This document shows positions 19,044-26,998 of a stretch of 53,057 bases of DNA, in pieces. A program made the position numbers and the translations under genes. Under the pieces are notes generated by a model, which did no database searches, was not told the origin of the DNA, and worked only from the letters and a program-made list of their open reading frames with translations. Within the stretch, counting starts at the first letter, position 1. Every line of letters starts with the position of its first letter. Origin of the DNA: Chthonomonas calidirosea (GTDB lineage: Bacteria; Armatimonadota; Fimbriimonadia; Fimbriimonadales; Fimbriimonadaceae); NCBI GenBank assembly GCA_945859975.1, contig CAMAPH010000018.1, forward strand, positions 1 through 53,057. The letters run 5' to 3'.

Positions 19044-20296
19044 ACGAGGTCTGCAAGCAGTTCGGTCGTTTCGGCGAGCGATTCATCAAGCGCCGTACAA
19101 ACGTGGTCAATCTGCTCCTGCTCAATGATGAGCGGGGGCTCAAATCTCAGCACACGCGGATTGTTGAGCGCATAGGCCACGCACACGCCGCGCTTCATGA
19201 ACTGGGCGACTACGAGCTCGCCAACTTCGTCCATCGAAAACTCGAGTCCGATCATGAGACCGCGTCCGCGGACTTCCGAAATCATCTCCGGGTACTTCGC
19301 GGCAATCGCCTCAAACTTCGAAATCATGTACGTGCCGTAGCACTCGGAGCGAGACGCCAGGTTTTGTTCGATCAGGACATTAAGCCCGGCCAGGCCAGCT
19401 GCGCAAGCCAGCGGGTTTCCACCAAAGGTAGAGCTGTGCGCGATTGGGTTTGTGCCGAAGACGCGGTTGAAGATTTCCGCCGTGCCAATCGTTGCTCCCA
19501 GCGGCATCACGCCGCCTCCCATGCCTTTGGCCAGACACATCAGATCGGGGGAAACGCCTTCCCACTCAACGGCAAAGTTCCTTCCAGTACGGCCGAGGCC
19601 AGATTGCACTTCGTCCGCAATGAGGAGTGCTCCTACCTTTGCGGTTGTTTCACGGGCATGCTGAAGATAGCCGTCTGGCGGAACGATGATTCCGCCTTCG
19701 CCCTGGACCGGTTCGACAATGAACGCCGCCGTTTCGGTGTCAAGTGCCGCAGAGAGGGCATCGAAATCTCCAAACGGAACGAACGTAACGCCATCGAGCA
19801 ACGGCGCAAATGGCTTCTGGTACTTCTCACGGCCGGTGACCGAAAGCGCGCCCATCGTTTTGCCGTGGTACGAGCCGTACGTGGACACGAACTTAGTCCG
19901 TCCGGTGCTCGAGCGGGCGAACTTCAGTGCTGCTTCAACGGCTTCGGCGCCTGAGTTGTTAAAGAAGGAGTACTCCAATCCGTCGGGGGTGACTTCGGCT
20001 AATCGCGCAGCAAGGTCCGCAGCGGGGGCGGAGAAAAATGCTTTACCGCTCAGGGCGATTTGGTCAAGTTGGTCGCGAACGGCTTGCACCACGACCGGAT
20101 GGCGATGACCAAGAATGAAGGTGCCGTAGCCGCCCAGGCAGTCGATGAAGCCACGTCCTTCGTGGTCGTAGATCATGCAACCTTCGGCACGAACTTCGAC
20201 GCCGAAGCCAGCAAATGACATCAACTTGGCCAGCTGCGGATTAATGTGCCGGCTGTATTTGTCGACGACGTCGCGAAAGAGCGATTCCCCGTCCAT
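19040..20296 (-). CDS. Class III PLP aminotransferase (putrescine/acetylornithine aminotransferase-like)
   Basis: IDCLGGYG, NSGAEAVEAALK, EPVQGEGG, ADEVQSGLGRTG, LAKGMGGG, STFGGNPLAC. Confidence 0.92.
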   Translation of the reverse strand: MDGESLFRDVVDKYSRHINPQLAKLMSFAGFGVEVRAEGCMIYDHEGRGFIDCLGGYGTFILGHRHPVVVQAVRDQLDQIALSGKAFFSAPAADLAARLAEVTPDGLEYSFFNNSGAEAVEAALKFARSSTGRTKFVSTYGSYHGKTMGALSVTGREKYQKPFAPLLDGVTFVPFGDFDALSAALDTETAAFIVEPVQGEGGIIVPPDGYLQHARETTAKVGALLIADEVQSGLGRTGRNFAVEWEGVSPDLMCLAKGMGGGVMPLGATIGTAEIFNRVFGTNPIAHSSTFGGNPLACAAGLAGLNVLIEQNLASRSECYGTYMISKFEAIAAKYPEMISEVRGRGLMIGLEFSMDEVGELVVAQFMKRGVCVAYALNNPRVLRFEPPLIIEQEQIDHVCTALDESLAETTELLADLV

Positions 20297-20302
20297 AGAA
20301 TT

Positions 20303-21310
20303 TCAATCTACCTTTCTGGGGGCGAATGGGTTCTCAGATTGCTTGGATGGATAGGCTTTTTGAATCTGCGCGGACAGGTTCGCCAGGGAGGTCGAGCCCC
20401 GTGCGGGCGATGCCGATCCGTTCCGAAACACCACGCGATGAGCTTGCAGTTTGGGCCGATCACTTTCCAGATAAACGGAAATCAGGGCAGTCTCGCCGCT
20501 CCGTGGCGCCACCAGATTGCCCAGCGAATAGAGAATCGGTTTGCCGTTGTAAAGTTCGGCACCTTGCAGTACGTGCGGATGATGACCCCACACGATGTCT
20601 GCACCGGCTTCTACGCAAGCGCGCCCCAATGCAACCTGATACGCGCTTGGGAGGGTCTTCCGCTCGATTCCCCAGTGCAGACCAATCACAACAACATCGG
20701 ACTTTTCCTTTGCGCGACCGATCCAGCTTTTCAGCTTAGTTTTCGCAGCCGCGTTGATCGTGCCTCCGAAACTCAGGACTCCGACTCCGGCCGATTTCGA
20801 AGTCGCGGGGCTGCACTTCCAGAGTCCGCCTTTGCTCATAAAGGCCAAAACCGATAGGAGAGCAATTCGCTTCTTTTTACGCGAGACAAATGCCGGTGCC
20901 ATCGCAAGCTCTGCGTTCGCACCTGCCCCGGCGTAGGCGATGCCTGCGTTTGCAAGAGATGAGTGCATTTCAAGCAGGCCCTTGCTACCGTAGTCCATGG
21001 CGTGGTTGTTTCCCAGCGAAACGATCCTGATTCCAGATGATTTGATGTCAATGATATGCCGGGGATCGGCCTTAAGAATGTACTGATCCCGATTCCGTAA
21101 TTCTTCGGCGGTCTTTCGGGTGGTAGCCGTTTTTGCGGCGGTGAGCGGAACCTCGAGATTTGCAAAAGCTAAGTCTGCGCTCCGAAAGATCGGGGCCAAG
21201 CGGGAGAGCGGCTTCGATTTGATCGAGACCTGGTTGAGCATGATGTCACCACCAAAACAAAGCTTCAGCGGCGGCTCCGCCTGAGTCAAAACCGAACAGC
21301 AAAGCATCAT
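20303..21310 (-). CDS. CapA/PgsA-family metallophosphoesterase
   Basis: FGGDIML, ANLEVP, SLGNNHAMDYG, LHWGIE, GHHPHVLQ, YSLGN; start at ~21310. Confidence 0.9.
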   Translation of the reverse strand: MMLCCSVLTQAEPPLKLCFGGDIMLNQVSIKSKPLSRLAPIFRSADLAFANLEVPLTAAKTATTRKTAEELRNRDQYILKADPRHIIDIKSSGIRIVSLGNNHAMDYGSKGLLEMHSSLANAGIAYAGAGANAELAMAPAFVSRKKKRIALLSVLAFMSKGGLWKCSPATSKSAGVGVLSFGGTINAAAKTKLKSWIGRAKEKSDVVVIGLHWGIERKTLPSAYQVALGRACVEAGADIVWGHHPHVLQGAELYNGKPILYSLGNLVAPRSGETALISVYLESDRPKLQAHRVVFRNGSASPARGSTSLANLSAQIQKAYPSKQSENPFAPRKVD

Positions 21311-21361
21311 CGGGTTAAAGACGCCGTAATCCTTCGGCGAGAATCGCGTATCTTGTTTGTG

Positions 21362-22150
21362 ATGTTCTCGACGCTCATTCTTGCGGCGGTCCTGCTTCCG
21401 CCGGGGCAAGACAGTTCCGTCCTCCTTAGGAAAATCGTTCGGCCCAATACGAAGGACAAGTATGAGTTTTCGATTGATGCGAGCCTGAAAACCCAGTTGC
21501 CAAGCGGACTTGGACAAGACCAATCTCGGCTTGCGATTACCGGATCAATGGTTTGCGACTACGGCAAATCGAACCTGAACGGAACGAACGTAACGATGCT
21601 GTGGTACCCGGCAAAAGCATCGGCTACGGGAACGGTCGGGGGCACTCTGGACGAGCGCGGATTCCTAAAGCCCGGTAGAAATGTTGGAACGATTGACCAG
21701 CTAGGCGCATTTCGGTGGGCCAAAACCGGAGAGAAAACCATCGCCGAACTTGCGGCCAGCTTCATCACGGTTCCGCTCCCACTTTGGCCCGCGTTTTCGG
21801 CGGCAAGAGTGGAAGAGGGGACGGAATGGAAAGTGGCCGTTCCCGAATTGACTTACTCGTTTGTGAACGCGACCGTAACGGAGGTGCTGCCGAAGTCAGT
21901 GAAGATTGAGGTGCGCGGGTCCTACTCCGAGGACGCGATCGTGCAGATGTTCATTCTTCGCGAATCAGGTGGCATCAAGAGCACCGAGATCAGCAAGCTG
22001 AACATGGAGGCGGAGATTGATCGCGCAACCGGTGCGCTCATGAATGCGAGTGGGACGATTGAAACCCGCGCCGAAGCCGATACTTTGGAAGGCTTTGAGC
22101 TCACCTCAACTCGCGAAGTGAAGTTCACGTTCAAGCAGATCAAGCGCTAA
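21362..22150 (+). CDS. Hypothetical exported protein
   Basis: Short signal-like N-terminus (MFSTLILAAVLL), beta-rich body; TATCTT box 7 nt upstream. Confidence 0.72.
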   Translation: MFSTLILAAVLLPPGQDSSVLLRKIVRPNTKDKYEFSIDASLKTQLPSGLGQDQSRLAITGSMVCDYGKSNLNGTNVTMLWYPAKASATGTVGGTLDERGFLKPGRNVGTIDQLGAFRWAKTGEKTIAELAASFITVPLPLWPAFSAARVEEGTEWKVAVPELTYSFVNATVTEVLPKSVKIEVRGSYSEDAIVQMFILRESGGIKSTEISKLNMEAEIDRATGALMNASGTIETRAEADTLEGFELTSTREVKFTFKQIKR

Positions 22151-22856
22151 TAAGATCAGCTTTCGTTTCGATTTCGGCGAGCTGACCGTCTCGGATGTGG
22201 AAGATCCGGTCGCTGACATCGAGCATTTTGTGGTCGTGGGTCGCGGAAATGATCGTGACGCCGTGCTCGCTTTGGAGCATCTTTAGGAGATCGATGATCT
22301 CTTGTCCCGTCTTGAGGTCAAGGTTTCCGGTGGGCTCGTCGGCGAGAATAATGGCCGGGCTGTTGGCCAGGGCGCGGGCAATCGCAACGCGCTGCTGCTG
22401 TCCACCGGATAGTTCGGTCGGTCGGTGGTGGTACCGGTGACCGAGTCCAACGGTATCTAGCAGCTTCATGCCCTTTTCCTCGGCATCGTCCGGCTGAACA
22501 CCGGCAAAGAGCATCGGCAACGTCACGTTCTCAAGCGCGGTGCGAACAGTTATGAGGTTGAAGGTTTGGAAGATGTAGCCAATGGTGTGGCAGCGCAGGA
22601 AGGCCAGCTCTCGGGGCGTGAGTTGCGCGATGTCCACAGAATTGACAAACACTGAACCTTCGTTCGGCTTGTCGAGACCCCCGATCATATTGAAGAAGGT
22701 GGACTTGCCGGAGCCAGATGGGCCCATGATGCTGAGGTACTCGCCCGCGTAGATCTCGCAGCTGATCCCGCTGAGAGCGCGTACGAGGGCTTCACCTTCG
22801 CCATATTGCTTGACGATGTTTACGGTGCGAACGACGACGTCGGTTTGTTGCTCCAT
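22140..22856 (-). CDS. ABC transporter ATP-binding protein (LolD/MacB type)
   Basis: Walker A GPSGSGKST, LSGGQQQRVAIARA, ILADEPTGNLD, ATHD. Confidence 0.96.
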   Translation of the reverse strand: MEQQTDVVVRTVNIVKQYGEGEALVRALSGISCEIYAGEYLSIMGPSGSGKSTFFNMIGGLDKPNEGSVFVNSVDIAQLTPRELAFLRCHTIGYIFQTFNLITVRTALENVTLPMLFAGVQPDDAEEKGMKLLDTVGLGHRYHHRPTELSGGQQQRVAIARALANSPAIILADEPTGNLDLKTGQEIIDLLKMLQSEHGVTIISATHDHKMLDVSDRIFHIRDGQLAEIETKADLISA

Positions 22857-22859
22857 TGC

Positions 22860-23444
22860 TTAAATGTCCATCCTTAGGGCCGCCGCCGCGGGCATCTTTG
22901 CCGCTTGAATTGCAGGGGCGATTGCCGAAATGACCGTCATGGCGATACCCATTCCGATACCGAGGCCAAGAACGGAAAGTGCCGCCGAATACGGCGGATT
23001 CAGGCCGCTTACGCGACAAACGATGATGCTGAGCACGATGCCCAGAAGTGATCCGAGGGTGGATCCGAAGAACCCAAGCAGGGCGGCTTCGATAAAGAAG
23101 ACGCGAACAATGAAGCTATCGGAGGCGCCGAGGCACTTGATGGTTCCGATCTCGCGGAACCGCTCGGTGACGCTCATCAGCATCGAATTGGTGACGCCGA
23201 CGAGGCACATGATGAGGGAAGTGCCAATAAGCCAGGTCAGGCGAGCTTCATCTTTCGCGACCGTGCTCTCGGCCATTCGGAGCATTTGCATGCTCACGAA
23301 GAACGCGATTCCTAGGGCGATGCCGGAAGAGGTGATGAGTTGCCGGAAGAAGCGCACCCGAATGCTCGCCAGCGCCTGGTGCCACGCCACCCACAAGGGC
23401 GGGTCTTGATTCTTAAATTGTGCTCGTCCGGTTTGTTCGGTCAC
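22860..23444 (-). CDS. Minimal FtsX/MacB-like ABC permease
   Basis: NSMLMSVTERFREIGTIKCLGA and PAIQAAKMPAAAALR motifs; four TM segments; 194 aa. Confidence 0.9.
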   Translation of the reverse strand: MTEQTGRAQFKNQDPPLWVAWHQALASIRVRFFRQLITSSGIALGIAFFVSMQMLRMAESTVAKDEARLTWLIGTSLIMCLVGVTNSMLMSVTERFREIGTIKCLGASDSFIVRVFFIEAALLGFFGSTLGSLLGIVLSIIVCRVSGLNPPYSAALSVLGLGIGMGIAMTVISAIAPAIQAAKMPAAAALRMDI

Positions 23445-23854
23445 TTCTTTGTTCCGATCAGTAATGAAATGAGCCCACGCTGGCTCAAGGTTTGCAAAAA
23501 TGCCGAGAGGGAAGCTTCGGCTTCCAGCCGGTTCATTTTGTACCGTTCCTTTAGCTTACGCGCAATCGTCTCGTTCGAATGTTGTCCGTCGCAAAATTGC
23601 CAAACAAACGCACCCATGGGTTCAAGCTCAAACTGGCGAGTCGTTGGCCATTTGGCTTTGATGGCGATCTTTTGAAGCCACTTTCGCTTGCTTTCGATCG
23701 GTACCTGCATGAGAAGGCTTCCGTCTTCGGCAGTGGTCCATTCCACGACCGGGTTCCTGATCGGGCGCGCCTTGCGAAACTGCTCTGGATCTAGCTTGTT
23801 TCGATTTCCGATCCATCTTTTGAAAAGCCGATCCAACGCCATTCTGGATTCCAT
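23441..23854 (-). CDS. PqqD-family protein (RiPP recognition element fold)
   Basis: FELEPMGAFVWQFCDGQHSNETIARKL...Y...AEASLSAFLQTLSQRGLI matches the PqqD pattern; start 23854 or 23842. Confidence 0.85.
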   Translation of the reverse strand: MESRMALDRLFKRWIGNRNKLDPEQFRKARPIRNPVVEWTTAEDGSLLMQVPIESKRKWLQKIAIKAKWPTTRQFELEPMGAFVWQFCDGQHSNETIARKLKERYKMNRLEAEASLSAFLQTLSQRGLISLLIGTKK

Positions 23855-24618
23855 TCTGACCGGTTTGACTGAACCTTCACACTTTGAATCCGGTTCTCCT
23901 TGGGATATAGACCCACGAGCGCGGTCTGCGTTCTGGTCAACAAGTGGCCCTTTTGCACGAGGCGAATCCCTACGTCCTCATCGGTAATGTTGGCGCGTGG
24001 AAGTTCTAGCGCCGCCCGGGCCCATTCCAGGAAGTCGTGCTTTGCCAAGAGTTCAGAAGCTAGCCCCCACCTTTCGGCAGTGACCAAGGTGTGCTTGCCA
24101 GCGGTGAACTGGATCGTGGTTCGGCCCGCAAAAAGTTGGCGCTTTCCAACTTCGAGATCTTTTGGCAAGTAGACGTTCAGGCCAAGAACTTGCCAGTGGT
24201 AAAGATCGCCGCAGTCCACCTTCAGGTTCGCGCTGATCTTTTGGTGAGCCGCGGAGAGGCTATCCTTGCCGGGCGTCACGCACTCGACAAGGACGACCAA
24301 ATTACGATCTGGAATGTACCGGATCGAGCCTCGAGCACTGGCCCGGCCCGAGTAGCGGTAGCTCGCCTCGAATTCACTAGCGACGTTGATTTCTTTGGTA
24401 AAGGCAGCTTTGCGGGAGTCTTTGCCGATGCGGGCGAGATACCGTTCGAGCGAGTCGGAGATCGATGGTGCTTTCGCAACGGTGTCCCAGCGAAGCTGGA
24501 CCTGGTGGGCTCGGGTTGACCCGAGCCGTGCATAGCCTTGTTTCTGGTTTCCCTCGATGCTTACGGGAGCCCACTCGTCGTCAAGATCGAGTTCGATTCC
24601 GTACCAAGCGAAGGCCAA
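23791..24618 (-). CDS. Hypothetical cytoplasmic protein of the tatA-PqqD-ABC operon
   Basis: 275-aa ORF starting (TTG) immediately after the tatA stop and overlapping the PqqD gene; no signal peptide or TM segment. Confidence 0.75.
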   Translation of the reverse strand: MAFAWYGIELDLDDEWAPVSIEGNQKQGYARLGSTRAHQVQLRWDTVAKAPSISDSLERYLARIGKDSRKAAFTKEINVASEFEASYRYSGRASARGSIRYIPDRNLVVLVECVTPGKDSLSAAHQKISANLKVDCGDLYHWQVLGLNVYLPKDLEVGKRQLFAGRTTIQFTAGKHTLVTAERWGLASELLAKHDFLEWARAALELPRANITDEDVGIRLVQKGHLLTRTQTALVGLYPKENRIQSVKVQSNRSEWNPEWRWIGFSKDGSEIETS

Positions 24619-24843
24619 TTACTTCGGAGTTTGGGTTTCGGCGGGCGTTCGGTCCCGCTCAATGGCTTCAGGCTCGCTACGAGCGGATTCATGAAGCATT
24701 TTCTTTCCTTCGTCCAGGCCTTTTTGAAGCTCACCCATGCCCTTACCGACTCCGCGAAGGAGTTCCGGAATCTTCTTTCCGCCAAACAGAACGAGGACGA
24801 TTACGAGTACGAGGAGAAGCTCTTGACCACCGAGACCAAACAT
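24619..24843 (-). CDS. tatA: Twin-arginine translocase TatA/E subunit (copy 2)
   Basis: MFGLGGQELLLVLVIVLVLFGGKKIPELLRGVGKGMGELQKG: TM, FG hinge and amphipathic helix. Confidence 0.93.
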   Translation of the reverse strand: MFGLGGQELLLVLVIVLVLFGGKKIPELLRGVGKGMGELQKGLDEGKKMLHESARSEPEAIERDRTPAETQTPK

Positions 24844-25001
24844 TAGGAGTCCTTACCGTTTTTGCCGTCGTCGAGCCCTTTTTTGAGCTCGGAGACGCCT
24901 TGACCGACGCTTCGCATCAGCTCAGGGATCTTGCTACCACCAAACAGCACAAGGATGATGAGCAGGACGATGAGCAGTTCTTGAGCGCCAAGTCCAAACA
25001 T
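24843..25001 (-). CDS. tatA: Twin-arginine translocase TatA/E subunit (copy 1, 52 aa; absent from the ORF track)
   Basis: Manual translation MFGLGAQELLIVLLIILVLFGGSKIPELMRSVGQGVSELKKGLDDGKNGKDS*; TAATG overlap with copy 2. Confidence 0.93.
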   Translation of the reverse strand: MFGLGAQELLIVLLIILVLFGGSKIPELMRSVGQGVSELKKGLDDGKNGKDS

Positions 25002-25048
25002 GATATTTCAGTATACGTCCGTCGGGGCAGTTCGCATTCGGGACAATT

Positions 25049-25690
25049 TTAGTTCTTCATGCTCCGGCTCGGAGTTCCGGGAGATCGCATTTGCCCGTTC
25101 TTGTTCACAAGCCGGCTCAAGCCGTCGGCCGTGACGACAAACCAGCCCCGCTTTTCGCCGCCGATGATGCCACCCAAAATGCCTGGGCTCTCGGAATGCT
25201 TCAGTGGAACGTACTTAGCCGATACGTTTTTGCCTCGAGTTTTGGTTTCAAACAGGATGACGGCCTGAGTTTGGTCCTTCAGGTCCTTCAGGTTCTTACC
25301 GCTGAAGTCCGTGTTGAAGGCGACGCCCGACTTGTATTCCTTTTCGTCGCAACCCCATTCGCCTTTCGGATCAAACACCTTGAATGGACCTGGATCGTCG
25401 ATCGAGGACAATTCCTTCTCCAGATACGGTGCTACCTGGGTCTGCCAATCTTTGGCGGTGGGTAGTTTGCCGTCGTGATCCAGCGTGTAGGCGCGAAGAC
25501 TGTCGCCTAGTGCACTCATCGAAATGGTGCATCCAATCATGCCGGCTCCTTGGCCCGCGGCTAGGAAACCAAAACCGACTAGACCGGCGATGGGTAGCAC
25601 GCAGCAAATGACAACGGCGGCGATGATCAGGCCGACGATGAGGCCGGTGTTCGATTTCTTCTTTTGAGACGGCGCTGGAGGCGTCTGCAT
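25049..25690 (-). CDS. Membrane-anchored protein with a DUF1559-like core
   Basis: N-terminal TM; CTISMSALGDSLRAYTLDHDGKLP and GWFVVTADG segments; TACAAT 7 nt before ATG 25690. Confidence 0.65.
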   Translation of the reverse strand: MQTPPAPSQKKKSNTGLIVGLIIAAVVICCVLPIAGLVGFGFLAAGQGAGMIGCTISMSALGDSLRAYTLDHDGKLPTAKDWQTQVAPYLEKELSSIDDPGPFKVFDPKGEWGCDEKEYKSGVAFNTDFSGKNLKDLKDQTQAVILFETKTRGKNVSAKYVPLKHSESPGILGGIIGGEKRGWFVVTADGLSRLVNKNGQMRSPGTPSRSMKN

Positions 25691-25745
25691 GCGAAGGATT
25701 GTACAGCAAGAGTTAAGAATCCCTAGGGCGATAGAATCAACGGTG

Positions 25746-26033
25746 ATGGCCGCTGCTTCGGATCTCACCGCGAAACTGCGCATGGATCGAGTTCTTGTTT
25801 ATGCAACGTCGATTGCGCACTTCGCGGGCCATTCGGAGGATGAGCTCAAGGAACTCGCCCGGGTTATTCGATATGAAGAGCCCAGTTTGGCTCCATGGAT
25901 CTCTGAGATCTTGCCGGTTGCGTTTGCCCTTGCAGATCGGCAAGCCGTCGAGATTCCTGAGCATCTTAAGGGACCGGTGAGTGAAGCGCAGCGCCTGATT
26001 CACCCGGTCCAACTGAACCCGGACCAGTCCTGA
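25746..26033 (+). CDS. Small hypothetical protein
   Basis: 95-aa helical-looking ORF filling the gap before glyQ; TAGAAT 8 nt upstream. Confidence 0.5.
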   Translation: MAAASDLTAKLRMDRVLVYATSIAHFAGHSEDELKELARVIRYEEPSLAPWISEILPVAFALADRQAVEIPEHLKGPVSEAQRLIHPVQLNPDQS

Positions 26034-26050
26034 TTGGTATCCTCATTGGC

Positions 26051-26998
26051 ATGACGTTTCAAGACATGGTGCTCCGGCTCAACGAATACTGGGCCAAGCA
26101 GGGCTGCGCGATTTTGCAGCCGTATGATGTTGAAGTCGGCGCGGGCACCATGCACCCGGCCACGACGCTTCGAGTTCTCGGGCCAGAAGCTTGGAACGTT
26201 GCCTATGTCCAACCTAGCCGACGCCCTGCCGACGGTCGGTACACGCGGAATCCACAGCGAAGTCAGCGGTACTACCAGTATCAGGTGATCATGAAGCCGT
26301 CGCCCGAGAACATCGTGGACCTTTATATGGGGTCGCTCGATGCGCTCGGCTTTGATACGTCAAAGAACGATGTGCGACTGGTTGAGGACGACTGGGAAAG
26401 CCAAGCGGCCGGAGCGAGCGGCGTTGGCTGGGAAGTTTGGGTTAACGGCGCGGAAATCACGCAGTTCACGTTCTTCCAGCAGATGGGTGGAATTGAATGC
26501 AACCCGGTCTGCGCGGAAATTACCTACGGTCCCGAGCGACTTTGCCTGATGCTCAATAACGGCAAGGGGTTCTGGGAAGACCTCATGTGGAACGACACAA
26601 CCAGTTATCGGGATGTCGACTGGCAAGCGGAAATGCAGAACAACGTTTTCAACTTCGAAGTCGTGTCGACTTCGATGTTGTTCCGGTTGTTTGATGAGTT
26701 TGAAGCGGAATCGAAACGAGTAATCGAAACGCCGGTCTTTTGGGATTCTGAGCAGGGAATCATGACCTCAAACCCGTTAAACGCCAGCGAGTTTCCAGAG
26801 AATGCCGGTGCGCGAGCGCTGGTTTATCCAGGGTTGGATCTTGCGCTGAAGGCTTCGCACATCTTCAACTTGCTCGATGCCAGAGGCGCGATTGGTGTCA
26901 CCGAGCGTGCGGTGTACATCAACCGAATTCGAAGCCGCATCCGGGCGTGCTGCCTCAAGCACGTTGAGCAGTACGAAACCCCGAAAGTCGCGAGTTAG
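26051..26998 (+). CDS. glyQ: Glycine--tRNA ligase alpha subunit
   Basis: EVGAGTMHP, QPSRRPADGRY, VEDDWES, GWEVW, EITYGPERL, KASHIFNLLDARG. Confidence 0.97.
   Translation: MTFQDMVLRLNEYWAKQGCAILQPYDVEVGAGTMHPATTLRVLGPEAWNVAYVQPSRRPADGRYTRNPQRSQRYYQYQVIMKPSPENIVDLYMGSLDALGFDTSKNDVRLVEDDWESQAAGASGVGWEVWVNGAEITQFTFFQQMGGIECNPVCAEITYGPERLCLMLNNGKGFWEDLMWNDTTSYRDVDWQAEMQNNVFNFEVVSTSMLFRLFDEFEAESKRVIETPVFWDSEQGIMTSNPLNASEFPENAGARALVYPGLDLALKASHIFNLLDARGAIGVTERAVYINRIRSRIRACCLKHVEQYETPKVAS

Noticed and set aside
19645..19660. TGTTTCACG half-site as a possible parS
   Set aside because: The second half (GGCATG) does not match TGAAACA and it lies within a CDS; I saw no full parS palindrome in the window.
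24619..25001. The two short similar ORFs as RiPP precursor peptides for the PqqD protein
   Set aside because: Both have the full TatA signature (E-L-L, TM helix, FG hinge, KIPEL amphipathic helix).
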